64,000 nt of DNA from Ignavibacteriales bacterium. GTDB taxonomy: Bacteria > Bacteroidota > Ignavibacteria > UBA10030 > UBA6906. The position numbers were made by a program, and so were the translations under genes. Below the pieces are notes generated by a model, which saw only the letters and a program-made list of their open reading frames with translations, had not been told where the DNA came from and did not search any database. The stretch covers positions 1 to 64,000 of the forward strand of contig JBBIRR010000022.1 of NCBI GenBank assembly GCA_037441705.1, given 5' to 3'. Of the stretch, positions 20,023-30,242 are shown piece after piece (within the stretch, counting starts at the first letter, position 1; every line of letters begins with the position of its first letter).

Positions 20023-21858
20023 ATGATGGTTCGCGTTACTTTCCTCCTGTCCCTGTGGGTTGCGGCAGGTTTTGCTCAACAGGCGGCGCCGGTACGCTCG
20101 TCATCGGCAGAGCAGACGCTTGCTTCGATTGCCCCGCAGCATCGCGCGGTTGTCATCGGTGTGCATCAGGATATGAACACGTTTGTGCCGCCCCCGCCGA
20201 CAACCGGCCCGGCGAATGCAACGTTCATCGTCACGTACAACGGATTCCCCGCGCAGGCTCAAGCCGCGTTTCAGTATGCGGTGAACATTTGGGCAGGATT
20301 GCTTTCATCCGCGGTACCGATTCGCGTCACGGCAACGTGGTCTTCTCTTCCGCCGGGCGTTCTTGGTTCGGCCGGCGCCACTGCGCTGTTTCGTGACTTC
20401 CCCAATGCCCCGCGTCCCAGTACATGGTATGCTGTTGCTGTCGCAGAAAAACTTGCAGGAACTGATTTGAACGGAACCTCCAACGCCGATATCGATGCAA
20501 ACTTCAGCAGCGCCGTCGGCAACTGGTACTTCGGCACCGACGGCAACACGCCGCCGGGACAGTTCGATTTCGTTACGGTGGTGTTGCACGAACTTGGTCA
20601 CGGCCTCTCCTTTTTCGGTTCGATGAATGTCACCAGCGGCCAGGGCAGTTGGGGACAGGGGACCGGTTTTCCTTTCATCTATGATCGGTATGCTGAAAAC
20701 GGGGCGGGGCAGTCCTTGATTAACACAACGCTGTTTCCGAACCCCTCGGCAGCGTTGGCCGCCCAACTCCAGAGTAACAATGTGTTCTTCAACGGGCCCG
20801 AGGCCGTCGCCGCCAACGGCGGTTTGCGACCGCGTCTGTACGCGCCCGCCTCCTGGACCGCCGGCTCGAGCTACTCGCATCTCGATGAAGCAACCTATCC
20901 TGCGGGATCGCAAAACTCACTCATGACACCTCAAATCGGAACCGCAGAAGCTAACCACAACCCCGGTCCCATAACCCTGGGGATGTTTCGTGACATGGGC
21001 TGGACGACAACGGGCGGAGGCGCGACCTACATCAAGTTCGAGGAACGCTTCACCTCAACGACGATTCCTCCGGGATGGCGCGTGGTGGACAACGATGGTG
21101 GCGGCACGCCGCTTGCCTTCAGGCAGATCGTCGCCTTCCAGAGCGGCGATACGGTCCGACCGCAAACCGGAGTGAGCTTCTGGTTCGGCAGTTTCAACGG
21201 AGCAAATTCCGGTGGCCGCATTGACGAATGGCTCATCGGCCCGCGCGTGAACAATATCATCACCGGCGACAGCCTCTACTTCTACGCCGGTGCCATCGGC
21301 GGGCAATTTCACGACTCCCTTCGTGTTTTTATTTCGACGACCGACAGCAACTTGAGCAGCTTTACCAACCAGATCGCCTACTTCCGTGTTGCCGGACCTG
21401 TGGGTTCGTGGCATCAGTACGGATTTGATCTTTCACCCTTCGCCGGGTCGCATATCTTTTTTGCAGTGAACTATTACATCGTTGACGGCGGACCCTCCGG
21501 CACAAACTCGGACAACGTCTGGATTGATCACTTCATCATCACAACCGATAATCCGACCTCCGTGGACGAGCGGCAGGCAACGGCAACCCCACAACGCTTT
21601 GCGCTGCTGCAGAACTATCCCAATCCGTTCAATCCGAGCACAACCATCCGCTACGCTGTTCCTGATAATGCCGGCGCAGTCGAGCTAACGGTCTTTGATC
21701 TGCTCGGCCGCGAGGTTGCAACGTTGGTGAATGAGCGGAAGGCGGGGGGCGAGCATAGCGTCACCTTCGATGGCGGCAATCTCTCCAGCGGCGTTTACTA
21801 CTATCGGCTCAGGTCAGGCGACTTCGTGCAAACGAGAAAACTGATTTTGATGAGGTGA
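20023..21858 (+). CDS. Secreted zinc metallopeptidase-like protein with cleaved-adhesin-like domain and T9SS CTD
   Basis: Signal peptide, VVLHELGHGL (HExxH), GSSYSHLDE; DNDGGG...DEWLI...IDH jelly-roll domain; CTD. Confidence 0.8.
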   Translation: MMVRVTFLLSLWVAAGFAQQAAPVRSSSAEQTLASIAPQHRAVVIGVHQDMNTFVPPPPTTGPANATFIVTYNGFPAQAQAAFQYAVNIWAGLLSSAVPIRVTATWSSLPPGVLGSAGATALFRDFPNAPRPSTWYAVAVAEKLAGTDLNGTSNADIDANFSSAVGNWYFGTDGNTPPGQFDFVTVVLHELGHGLSFFGSMNVTSGQGSWGQGTGFPFIYDRYAENGAGQSLINTTLFPNPSAALAAQLQSNNVFFNGPEAVAANGGLRPRLYAPASWTAGSSYSHLDEATYPAGSQNSLMTPQIGTAEANHNPGPITLGMFRDMGWTTTGGGATYIKFEERFTSTTIPPGWRVVDNDGGGTPLAFRQIVAFQSGDTVRPQTGVSFWFGSFNGANSGGRIDEWLIGPRVNNIITGDSLYFYAGAIGGQFHDSLRVFISTTDSNLSSFTNQIAYFRVAGPVGSWHQYGFDLSPFAGSHIFFAVNYYIVDGGPSGTNSDNVWIDHFIITTDNPTSVDERQATATPQRFALLQNYPNPFNPSTTIRYAVPDNAGAVELTVFDLLGREVATLVNERKAGGEHSVTFDGGNLSSGVYYYRLRSGDFVQTRKLILMR

Positions 21859-21866
21859 TCTTGGAC

Positions 21867-21914
21867 GAAGGCAACCCTCACCCAGACAAATGGGAAGAGA
21901 CGAGGGTTGCCTTC
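21867..21914. terminator. 13-bp perfect inverted repeat between convergent units
   Basis: gaaggcaaccctc ... gagggttgccttc. Confidence 0.65.
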
Positions 21915-21919
21915 ATCAA

Positions 21920-21969
21920 CCAAACCGCTTCATTCTCAGCGAGTTGCTCACCACACTCACCGAGCTGAA
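21920..21969 (-). repeat. Duplicated 3' end of copA (direct repeat of 22593-22642)
   Basis: 48/50 identity; reads [17 protein letters not shown] followed by two stop codons. Confidence 0.85.
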
Positions 21970-22048
21970 GGGGTGAAAGGAGATTTGGGGGTTGCTATAG
22001 CGAAAGGGGTTTCTGCTGGTCAACAATATCATTACACCCGCCTCCGCA

Positions 22049-22267
22049 CTAAAGCTGTTCCCACTCTTGTCGCTCGATGCCTGCCTGGCGAAGAATCTTT
22101 CCCAAAAGATCCCTGCTGATTTCCCCCTCGTGTGGATTTGGAATGAATAACCTCACTTCTTGTTTAACCATATACTGATGCTTTCCGCCAGAATAAGGGC
22201 CCTCATAACCAAGCTTCTTGAGATAGTCAATCAAGTCCTTACGTTTGATTGGCCCAAAGCGAGGCAT
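22049..22267 (-). CDS. hicA: Type II toxin HicA
   Basis: 72 aa, LKKLGY...GGKHQYM...IPNPH...ILRQAGI; AT-rich; TGATG-coupled to hicB. Confidence 0.88.
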   Translation of the reverse strand: MPRFGPIKRKDLIDYLKKLGYEGPYSGGKHQYMVKQEVRLFIPNPHEGEISRDLLGKILRQAGIERQEWEQL

Positions 22268-22509
22268 CAGACAGCTTCGCGGTTGACGGTGAGGTTTATG
22301 CCGTTGACAACCGGCAAGGGATGACCCATACGCAATCCCAAAACTATCCAGCCTTCCAACACTTCCTGAAGTTGTTCCCGGCATAGCTCAAGCGATTCAG
22401 CATTAGCAAATACTCCCTGAAAACCAGGAATCTCACCATAAAATGTTCCATCATTTAGAATCTCGTATTTTGCCGTGCGCATCGCAGCTCGCAGATACTC
22501 AGTCAACAT
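22267..22509 (-). CDS. hicB: Type II antitoxin HicB (short, no DNA-binding domain)
   Basis: MLTEYLRAAM...GTFYGEIPGFQGVFA...CREQLQEVLEGWI...PLP. Confidence 0.88.
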   Translation of the reverse strand: MLTEYLRAAMRTAKYEILNDGTFYGEIPGFQGVFANAESLELCREQLQEVLEGWIVLGLRMGHPLPVVNGINLTVNREAV

Positions 22510-22585
22510 ACGCTTCCTTCCGGGAATTATGAATCCGTTGGTAAGTACGAATTAAGATTGGTATTGTCAAGAGTCGAACCCATGC

Positions 22586-24850
22586 TCAACTCCCAAACCG
22601 CTTCAACCTCAGCGAGTTGCTCACCACACTCACCGAGCTGAATGCCATCGCGGCTGCTGCGATCATCGGATTCAAGACGCCGAAAGCGGCAAGCGGGATC
22701 CCGATGACGTTATAGATGAATGCCCAGAACAAGTTTTGCTTGATCGTTCGCAGCGTGGCAGCGGAAAGCCGAATTGCGTGGACGAGGCTCATCAAGTCGC
22801 CGCGCATCAGCGTGATGTCCGCCGTCTCCATCGCAATGTCCGTCCCGGTGCCGATGGCGATGCCGACATCGGCTTGTGCAAGCGCGGGCGCATCGTTGAT
22901 GCCGTCGCCGACCATCGCTACAATTTTCCGCTCGGCTTGAATGGCCTGCACATGCCGCGCTTTGTCCTGCGGCAGAACGCCCGCGATCACTCTGTCAACG
23001 CCCACCTGTGCGGCAATGGAGGCGGCGGTTCGTTCGTTGTCGCCGGTAATCATCACCACTTCAAGTCCCATTTGCTTCAAGCGCGAGATGGCTTCGCGCG
23101 CGCCGGCCTTCACCCTGTCGGCAATAGCAATCACGCCGGCCGGCCTGCCGTTGATTGCTACGAGGACAGGCGTCTTTCCTTCGTCTGAAAAGTTCCTCAG
23201 CACCGCATCTTCGCCATTGAGATGGACAGCATTGTCCTTGAGCAGTGCAGCATTTCCAACAACCACGGTCACACCATCCACAACTCCCGCCACTCCGAAA
23301 CCTGTCAGCGATTGAAACGCCTCAGGCTCTCTGAAAGAGATGCCCCGGCTTCTTGCGTACTCCACGATTGCTTCGCCGAGCGGATGCTCAGACTTTCGTT
23401 CCAGCGCAACCGCGTGCTGAAGAATCGTCGGTTCATCATAACCGTCGAACGGAATAACATCCGTCACGGAAGGCTTCCCTTCGGTGATGGTTCCTGTCTT
23501 GTCGAGGACGACGGTCTGAATCTTGCGCGCCCGTTCCAAGCTTTCAGCATTCTTAATGAGTACGCCGAGCGCGGCACCGCGACCTGTGCCCACCATGATT
23601 GCCGTGGGCGTGGCAAGGCCGAGCGCACACGGACAGGCGATGATCAGCACCGCAATGAAGTTGACGAGCGAAGCAGTAAAGCCAATCCCCCCGATGAAGT
23701 ACCAGAGCAGGAACGAGAGAATCGCAATCCCAATCACAATCGGAACGAACACGGACGCAATCTGATCGGCAAGACTCTGGATCGGCGCCTTCGAGCCTTG
23801 AGCATCCTCCACCAACTTGGCGATGTGCGCAAGCAGCGTATCCTTTCCCACAGCGCGTGCGCGCAGGGTGATGCTGCCGTTGCGATTGATCGTGCCGCCG
23901 ATGACGCGCACACCGACGGTTTTTTCCACGGGCATGCTTTCGCCCGTCACCATGGACTCGTCAACCGAGGTAGCGCCATCGAGCACCACGCCGTCCACCG
24001 GAATCTTTTCGCCGGGCCTCACGACGATGCGATCACCAACCACAACATCTTCAATGGGCACATCGTGCTCGACACCGTCGCGGATAACCCGGGCCGTCTT
24101 CGGCTGCAAGCCCATCAGCCGTTTGATTGCGTCCGATGCGCGATTCTTCGCTCTGCTTTCCAACAGCTTCCCAAGCAGGATGAGCGTGATGATCGTTGCC
24201 GTCGTATCGAAGTACACATGATGGAGATGCGCGCTGCCGAGAAGCTCGGGAAACAGCACCGCCATCGCGCTGTAGGCATACGCCGATCCGGTCCCGACAG
24301 CAACAAGCGTGTTCATGTCGGCGGTGCGATGCCTCGTGGCCGCCCAAAAACCTCGAAAGAATCGCCTCCCCGAAAGAAAGATCACGGGCGTTGTAAGCAC
24401 CAGAAGGATGCGGTTGGTCATATCCAGAGAAAGCGGCAGCCACGCCGCCGTGGACTCGAACATGCTGAGCATGCTCAACGCCATGATGGGAACGGTCAGC
24501 TCAAGACTGAAGATGAACTCGTTCTTGAGTCGGCGGTGCGCATCGTCTTTCAACGCATCGGTTGATCCACCTACGCCCTCCCCTTCCTTGGGGAGGATCA
24601 GGGCGTAACCCGAGTCGCTGACTGCTTTCTGCAATTGATCCAACGTGACGCGGGTCGGATCGAATTCGATCCGGGCTTTCTCGCTGGCGAGATTCACCGA
24701 CACATCCTGCACGCCGGTGATATTCTTCAGTGCTTTTTCCACTCTCACCACGCAACTTGCGCATGTCATGCCTTCAACGGGAAGCGTGAGAGTCTGCATG
24801 TGCCTGTTTCTCTGGCCCGCCATAGTTTTTTCCGTTTCCGATCCCTTCAT
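22586..24850 (-). CDS. copA: Copper-translocating P1B-type ATPase
   Basis: GMTCASC HMA domain, [20 protein letters not shown], and YN plus MAFSS Cu(I) ligands. Confidence 0.95.
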   Translation of the reverse strand: MKGSETEKTMAGQRNRHMQTLTLPVEGMTCASCVVRVEKALKNITGVQDVSVNLASEKARIEFDPTRVTLDQLQKAVSDSGYALILPKEGEGVGGSTDALKDDAHRRLKNEFIFSLELTVPIMALSMLSMFESTAAWLPLSLDMTNRILLVLTTPVIFLSGRRFFRGFWAATRHRTADMNTLVAVGTGSAYAYSAMAVLFPELLGSAHLHHVYFDTTATIITLILLGKLLESRAKNRASDAIKRLMGLQPKTARVIRDGVEHDVPIEDVVVGDRIVVRPGEKIPVDGVVLDGATSVDESMVTGESMPVEKTVGVRVIGGTINRNGSITLRARAVGKDTLLAHIAKLVEDAQGSKAPIQSLADQIASVFVPIVIGIAILSFLLWYFIGGIGFTASLVNFIAVLIIACPCALGLATPTAIMVGTGRGAALGVLIKNAESLERARKIQTVVLDKTGTITEGKPSVTDVIPFDGYDEPTILQHAVALERKSEHPLGEAIVEYARSRGISFREPEAFQSLTGFGVAGVVDGVTVVVGNAALLKDNAVHLNGEDAVLRNFSDEGKTPVLVAINGRPAGVIAIADRVKAGAREAISRLKQMGLEVVMITGDNERTAASIAAQVGVDRVIAGVLPQDKARHVQAIQAERKIVAMVGDGINDAPALAQADVGIAIGTGTDIAMETADITLMRGDLMSLVHAIRLSAATLRTIKQNLFWAFIYNVIGIPLAAFGVLNPMIAAAAMAFSSVSVVSNSLRLKRFGS

Positions 24851-25050
24851 GGCACTAATCGGTATCCCGCTTCTTCAACGGCGCGGGAGAGATCCTCCCA
24901 ACGTATCTTGGTTTCGTCGTATTGCACGCGTGCGCTGCCAATTTGCACATCTTCTACCTTGACATTCGGCAACTTACTCAGCTCTTTCTTCACGGCCATC
25001 ACGCAGTGACCGCACGACATGCCTTCGATTTTGAGTTCTTTGTTGGTCAT
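24847..25050 (-). CDS. copZ: Copper chaperone (HMA domain)
   Basis: GMSCGHC, 67 aa, AGGAG RBS, ATGA overlap with copA. Confidence 0.88.
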   Translation of the reverse strand: MTNKELKIEGMSCGHCVMAVKKELSKLPNVKVEDVQIGSARVQYDETKIRWEDLSRAVEEAGYRLVP

Positions 25051-25090
25051 GGTTGTTTCTCCTGTACGAATAGCTAACATATCCAAAAAC

Positions 25091-25144
25091 AATATATCGA
25101 AAAGAAACACGAAGCCCTTACACAATTCGTGCATTTTGTTACAA
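25091..25144 (-). promoter_or_regulatory. Putative AraC-activated promoter of copZA
   Basis: Minus-strand -10 TATATT (25091-25096) and plus-strand TTACAcAATT-N11-TTACAA (25118-25144, 21-bp period); the same layout recurs at 43575-43629. Confidence 0.5.
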
Positions 25145-25248
25145 CGCTGAGCGCGTTGCCTCTCGAGCACACGGCATCAGAGCGGCATGTCCTGGAAGCG
25201 CCGCACATGAGGGGGTGAGAGCAAAGAAATCGGGAGCGAGGCAGGAAT

Positions 25249-25869
25249 TTACGACGAGCGTGCGGCTACTTTGTCGAGCGGAAGTCTCACGTTCCCCACC
25301 ATTTTCCTGAACGCGCTCGGCGTCATGCCGGTCACCTTCTTGAATTGACTGGACAGGTGGGCAACACTGCTGTACCCGAGCTTGTAAGAGATTTCGTTCA
25401 GCGTCAGTTCGCCGTACTTCAGCAGTTCCTTTGCGCGCTCGATGCGCTGCAGGATGAGGTAGTGTTCGATCGTGATGTTCTCGATGGAAGAAAACAGCGT
25501 GCTCAGGGAATGATAGTCTCTGCCTACTTCACGCTCGATGTACGTCGAGACCTTCTCTCGGAGCGGTTCGCGCTCGGCATCTCGCTGGACAAGCTTCAGC
25601 ACGGCATGCTTGATGCGCTCGATGGTCTTGGCCCGCTGATCCTCGATCAGCTCGAATCCGTTCTCTTCAAGCACTGTGCGGATGCGTTCGAGAGCTTCTT
25701 TGTTCGGTTCACCGGCGATCACGACCTCACCCAACACGATGCTGCGCACGTCGTGGCCAAGCTTCTCCAACTCTTCGCGCACAACCTTGATGCAGCGGTT
25801 ACACACCATGTTCTTGATGTGCAGCGTCGTTGTGCTCACGTCACCCGATTGTGGTCGAGCCATCTTCAT
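25249..25869 (-). CDS. AraC-family regulator with N-terminal HMA-like CxxC domain
   Basis: IKNMVCNRC; C-terminal double HTH (ERAKELL...LGYSSVAHLSSQFKKVTGMTPS). Confidence 0.9.
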   Translation of the reverse strand: MKMARPQSGDVSTTTLHIKNMVCNRCIKVVREELEKLGHDVRSIVLGEVVIAGEPNKEALERIRTVLEENGFELIEDQRAKTIERIKHAVLKLVQRDAEREPLREKVSTYIEREVGRDYHSLSTLFSSIENITIEHYLILQRIERAKELLKYGELTLNEISYKLGYSSVAHLSSQFKKVTGMTPSAFRKMVGNVRLPLDKVAARSS

Positions 25870-25918
25870 GCGATTTCACCTTGCCGGTCAGCCGTCCCGC
25901 CTGGAACATACGAACCGT

Positions 25919-27064
25919 TCACCTCAGTAGAAGCATTTTTCGCGTCTGAACAAACCCTCCCAGCTGCAGGCGATAAAAATACACGCCGCTGGCAACTCCC
26001 GTGGCGGCAAAATGGACACGGTGCCACCCTGCCGATTGATTCTCGTCGACGAGCGTCGCAACCGTTCTTCCATCCAGCGCGAAGACTTTCAGGAGAACAG
26101 TCCCGCCGACGGGCAGGTAATACGAAATCGTCGTAGCAGGGTTGAACGGGTTCGGGTAATTCTGTTCAAGAGAAAAGTCCGCAGGGGTGAGACGGCCGAC
26201 GGGCAACTCGCCCGTGGTCGAAATCAACCCGGCATCCACCCACGCGCTAAACCAGAGCGAAGCGAGGTTCTTCGTGCCGCGCTGCATTTGCTCAAGCGTA
26301 ATTGCGCGGGTTCTTTCCCACAGCGCATTGTAATACGCAGGCGGAGCGTTCGTGCCTGTACCATTCCATCCCGAAACGAGTTTTGCGTACAGGTCGGCCT
26401 GCAACACCGTGTCAACGTAGCTGTTGGTGTGGAGGATGTACTCGAAGATGAAATTGATGCGATCGGAGATGTAGCGTACACTGTCCGGTGTGATGGTAAG
26501 GGCAGAAAGGAAGTACGTCGGGCTGAGCATGACCGACTCATAGCGGGCGTGGATGCCCCGCTGGTTGGTGTATTGGCCGTCGTAGTTGCGCGTGTTGTGC
26601 AACGGCTGGTGCGCATCGCCGACGTAGTGGCCGATATCCGCCGCCGTCAGCTTGGCGCGGTTCCAGTCGCCGCGCCGTAGCTGTGCAACAAGCGAGTCGT
26701 AGTTCCACACCGTCGCCCACGGATTCGTTCCGTTCTGTTTCACTCTCTCCCATCCATACAACATAATGAGTGTGTCAAGACTTCGCGGAAGATTGTGAAA
26801 GTTGGGATAGTCGTCAATGTCCATGAAATGTCTTGGGCCTTCGGCGTACAGACTTGTGTCGCTGCTGTTGCGACGGTTATCAGCATCCGATGCATGCTGA
26901 GCGAAGAACAGGCTGTCCTGAATGAACAAGAGCATCTGGTTGGGAAGATGGCGCACCACCGAGCGGTTGATGAACTGATGCGTATACCCGCCCCAGCCGG
27001 AAGCAGTCATGTACGCTGCTGCCACCAGACAAACGACGCCCAACACTCCGATGAATAATCTCAT
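25919..27064 (-). CDS. S1/P1 nuclease / Zn-phospholipase C family protein with T9SS CTD
   Basis: Predicted mature N-terminus WGGYTH, HFMDID, HYVGDAHQPLH and IHARYE motifs; CTD. Confidence 0.83.
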   Translation of the reverse strand: MRLFIGVLGVVCLVAAAYMTASGWGGYTHQFINRSVVRHLPNQMLLFIQDSLFFAQHASDADNRRNSSDTSLYAEGPRHFMDIDDYPNFHNLPRSLDTLIMLYGWERVKQNGTNPWATVWNYDSLVAQLRRGDWNRAKLTAADIGHYVGDAHQPLHNTRNYDGQYTNQRGIHARYESVMLSPTYFLSALTITPDSVRYISDRINFIFEYILHTNSYVDTVLQADLYAKLVSGWNGTGTNAPPAYYNALWERTRAITLEQMQRGTKNLASLWFSAWVDAGLISTTGELPVGRLTPADFSLEQNYPNPFNPATTISYYLPVGGTVLLKVFALDGRTVATLVDENQSAGWHRVHFAATGVASGVYFYRLQLGGFVQTRKMLLLR

Positions 27065-27089
27065 ACCGATTCGACCAATGATTGACTTC

Positions 27090-27157
27090 AATATACATGA
27101 GTGGCAAAGAACCTGCAATGTGTCTCCTTTGCAGCTTGAGGGGTTCTTTTCTATATT
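27090..27157. promoter_or_regulatory. Back-to-back sigma70-type promoters
   Basis: TTGCAG-N17-TATATT on the minus strand (27090-27118) and on the plus strand (27129-27157). Confidence 0.6.
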
Positions 27158-27163
27158 GCGTTC

Positions 27164-27736
27164 ATGCAACACCTATCAGCCGAAGAAATCCGCCGCGCGT
27201 TCTCGCTCGAACGCGAGCGGGTTACGCTCTCCCCCGACGGATACCATCATGCTGCCGTCCTTGTCCCCCTCGTGTTCATGCACGGGACGGTTCAACTCCT
27301 TCTCACCAAACGAACCGACCTCGTCGAGACACACAAGGGACAAGTCTCCTTTCCCGGCGGCATGGTGGACGCGGCCGACGCCGACATCATCCAAACCGCG
27401 CTGCGCGAGACCGAGGAGGAGATCGGACTTCCCTGTTCTTCTGTAGAGCCGGTCGGTTTGTTGGATGATCTAGCAACGCCGACGGGCTTCGTCATCACGC
27501 CGGTGGTGGGACTCATCCATGCGCTTCCGCCCCTTTCTCCCAATCCTGATGAAGTGGCGGAAGTTTTTTGCGTGCCGTTAGAATTTTTCGCAGCACCCAA
27601 TGCCGGTCGAAGCGAACAGCGAGAGGCGAAGGGAAAACGCTACGACATCTGGTACTACGACTTTGGAGGACATCTCATCTGGGGCGCGACCGCAATGATT
27701 GCGCGATCGCTCCTCAAGAGACTTCATCTCATTTGA
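27164..27736 (+). CDS. CoA pyrophosphatase (Nudix)
   Basis: AAVLVP, LLTKR...HKGQVSFPGG, ALRETEEEIG Nudix box and IWGATA motifs. Confidence 0.92.
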   Translation: MQHLSAEEIRRAFSLERERVTLSPDGYHHAAVLVPLVFMHGTVQLLLTKRTDLVETHKGQVSFPGGMVDAADADIIQTALRETEEEIGLPCSSVEPVGLLDDLATPTGFVITPVVGLIHALPPLSPNPDEVAEVFCVPLEFFAAPNAGRSEQREAKGKRYDIWYYDFGGHLIWGATAMIARSLLKRLHLI

Positions 27737-30152
27737 CCGGCGAGGTCTCCTTCTCACGATCGTGAAGGGCGGATTCGATGGCTCTCAGCACGTCGGGATC
27801 TGTTTCAACTTCCTTGCGGCGCGCAAGAATCGTGTGCGCCTCTTCATCATCCCACATCTCAAGTGTTCTCACCACGCCCTTGCGGATCGTTGTGCTGAAG
27901 TCGCCGGCAAGCTTAAACACGAGTGAACGCGCAAGCGAGTCCTTCTCCCCTTGCTGCCCGAGAATACCAAGAGCAATCGAACGGATATCGTTGGGATAGC
28001 CGGGCTGGGTGTATCGGATGGCGGAAGAAACCGCCTCGGCACTCCGAAGCGCGCGCAGCACTTGCAGCGACGAACGACGAAGAATATCGCGATGCGATTC
28101 CCGCTCAACGTACTGCAGCGCGAGTCGCAGGGCGACAGCCGTATCCACTTTTTCCAGGGTCTGCAAACAGGAGGATTGGACGATGTAGCTCGAATCGCGA
28201 GCGAGCATTTGCTGGACAAAATCACTCACGTCGGCGGAAAGGAAACGCTCGAGCGCTACAACGGCCGCGTTGCGCACGGAAGAATTCGGATCACGCGCAA
28301 TCAAGAACATCGCTTCCTTTACCCCCTCGTTCTTCGTCGTTCCGAGGTAGATCGCTGCTTCTCTTCGGACGGCCCAGAACGGATCGTGCAGCGCGGCGCG
28401 TTTCAATGCTTCATAGACGGTCGTATCATCCGGGAATGCCTTCAACTCCTTGGCCGCCTGCATCCGATAGGCTACATCGTCGGCATGAAGCAATTGATAT
28501 ACCCACTCCTCGCTTGTCTTCTCAAACTTCAGCGTCTTCAATACCTTCATTCCTTTATCAACGATTACCATCTTCGGCGGGGCAGGAAGAGAAATGGTTA
28601 CGGTTTGTTCCTGTTTGTCGAGGACGACGTGCTGCAAAACCTTCCCCACGACAGTTGTGCACTCGATATCCATTGGAATGATGAACACGCCGGTGAGACT
28701 ATCCATTTCCTGAGTTTGCCGAATCGTGAGCAGCAGTGTCCTCGAGCTATCGTTCCATTGCTGCGTGACGGTCAGCTCCGGATGCCCGGCTTTGTAGAGC
28801 CATTGCTCAAAGAACCAATCCAGGTTCTGTCCCGTTGCCTCCTCCACCGCCTTGCGGAAGTCGTGCGTGCTGACGCTTGTAAACGCATTGCGCTCAAGGT
28901 AGTGTTTGATGGCGCGATGGAACTCCTGATCGCCCACGAGGGTATGCAACATGTACAGCACCCAGGCCCCTTTGCCGTAGAGGTTGGCCGTGAAGCTGTT
29001 CGTGCTGACGACTGGCTTTCTCCCCTGATGCCGCTCCGTGTTGAGGACGCCCGCTGCTTGCTGCAGCAGATCGAGCTGGTACTCATCGTTTCCTTTGGCG
29101 CTGCGCTTGAAGAGTGCTTCAAAGTAGTTGGCAAAGCCTTCATTGAGCCACAACTCCGTCCAATCCCGACAGGTCACCAGATCGCCGAACCATTGATGAG
29201 CAAGCTCATGGGCGACCACATCGTCGCCGGTGAAATCAACCAACCCGCGGCGATCGATGAGGTAGGACTCGTTCAGCGTCACGGCGGAAGTATTCTCCAT
29301 CCCTCCCCACATAAAGTCGGTTATGAAGATTTGCGCGTACTTCTCCCACGGATACGGGAAGCCTGTCGCTTGTTCAAAATACCTCATCGCATGAGGGGTC
29401 GCCGCAAGACTGCGTTTACCGTCCTCAACCCGATCCTTGTAGAGATAGTATTCGATCGGAACGTTGCCGGCACGCTCACGAACGATTTCATACTCCCCCG
29501 CAGCCAGCATGATGAGATACGAGGCATGCGGTTTTGACTGAAACCAATGAAACGTCTTCGTCTTGCCGGCTTTGTTGTGCTTGACATTGACGAGTCTGCC
29601 GTTCGAGAGCAGCGTCCAGGAATCTCTGACCGTAGCAATCACCTCGGAGGTGGCTTTGTCGTTTGGAAAGTCCCAGCACGGAAACCAATGCCTGTTGTTG
29701 ATATCCTCGCCCTGCGTCCATAGCTGATGGGGGCGGCGAGGGTTCGTGCTGTCGGGCTGCATGAAGTACAGACCTTGCTTCGGCACGGCGCTGTAGGCAA
29801 CGGTCAGAACAATGGTATCGGAAAAAGAACGCGGCTCGTCGAAATAGACGGTAAGAGTAGAGTCGTTGTTTCGGAAGCGAAACTGCTGCCCCGTTGAAGA
29901 GGCGACGGATTTCACATCGAGGGCTACCGCATGGAGAACGAGAGAATCCAGCGAGCTTTTCAGGGGCGTGCATGTGATGGTTGTCCGCCCGATCACTTTC
30001 TTGTCGTGCTCATCGAATTGAAGTTCAAGTTTGTAGTGCAGCACATCGTAGGTTCGGGTGGGACGGATGCGGTTCTCCGTGCCGAAGAGGGCATCGGCCT
30101 GTACCTGGCCAAAAAGAAAAACGATCAGTCCGAACAATACCGGAAAGTTCAT
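27729..30152 (-). CDS. M1 aminopeptidase with C-terminal HEAT repeats
   Basis: GGMEN, HELAHQWFGD...WLNEGFA and YGKG motifs; start uncertain (the ORF extends to 30233). Confidence 0.9.
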   Translation of the reverse strand: MNFPVLFGLIVFLFGQVQADALFGTENRIRPTRTYDVLHYKLELQFDEHDKKVIGRTTITCTPLKSSLDSLVLHAVALDVKSVASSTGQQFRFRNNDSTLTVYFDEPRSFSDTIVLTVAYSAVPKQGLYFMQPDSTNPRRPHQLWTQGEDINNRHWFPCWDFPNDKATSEVIATVRDSWTLLSNGRLVNVKHNKAGKTKTFHWFQSKPHASYLIMLAAGEYEIVRERAGNVPIEYYLYKDRVEDGKRSLAATPHAMRYFEQATGFPYPWEKYAQIFITDFMWGGMENTSAVTLNESYLIDRRGLVDFTGDDVVAHELAHQWFGDLVTCRDWTELWLNEGFANYFEALFKRSAKGNDEYQLDLLQQAAGVLNTERHQGRKPVVSTNSFTANLYGKGAWVLYMLHTLVGDQEFHRAIKHYLERNAFTSVSTHDFRKAVEEATGQNLDWFFEQWLYKAGHPELTVTQQWNDSSRTLLLTIRQTQEMDSLTGVFIIPMDIECTTVVGKVLQHVVLDKQEQTVTISLPAPPKMVIVDKGMKVLKTLKFEKTSEEWVYQLLHADDVAYRMQAAKELKAFPDDTTVYEALKRAALHDPFWAVRREAAIYLGTTKNEGVKEAMFLIARDPNSSVRNAAVVALERFLSADVSDFVQQMLARDSSYIVQSSCLQTLEKVDTAVALRLALQYVERESHRDILRRSSLQVLRALRSAEAVSSAIRYTQPGYPNDIRSIALGILGQQGEKDSLARSLVFKLAGDFSTTIRKGVVRTLEMWDDEEAHTILARRKEVETDPDVLRAIESALHDREKETSPVK

Positions 30153-30242
30153 CACTGGTGTTATTGATGTGGTGAGAAAAAACAAGCCGTTCCGATTCAC
30201 ACGACGGGAACGGCCTGTGTACACGCTGAACAACGGGGCTTC

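Noticed and set aside
27951-29537. 528-aa plus-strand ORF, and similar long ORFs at 830-1972, 23222-24565, 47312-48469 and 60547-62079
   Set aside because: Antisense shadows of well-supported genes in GC-rich DNA, with no recognisable motifs.
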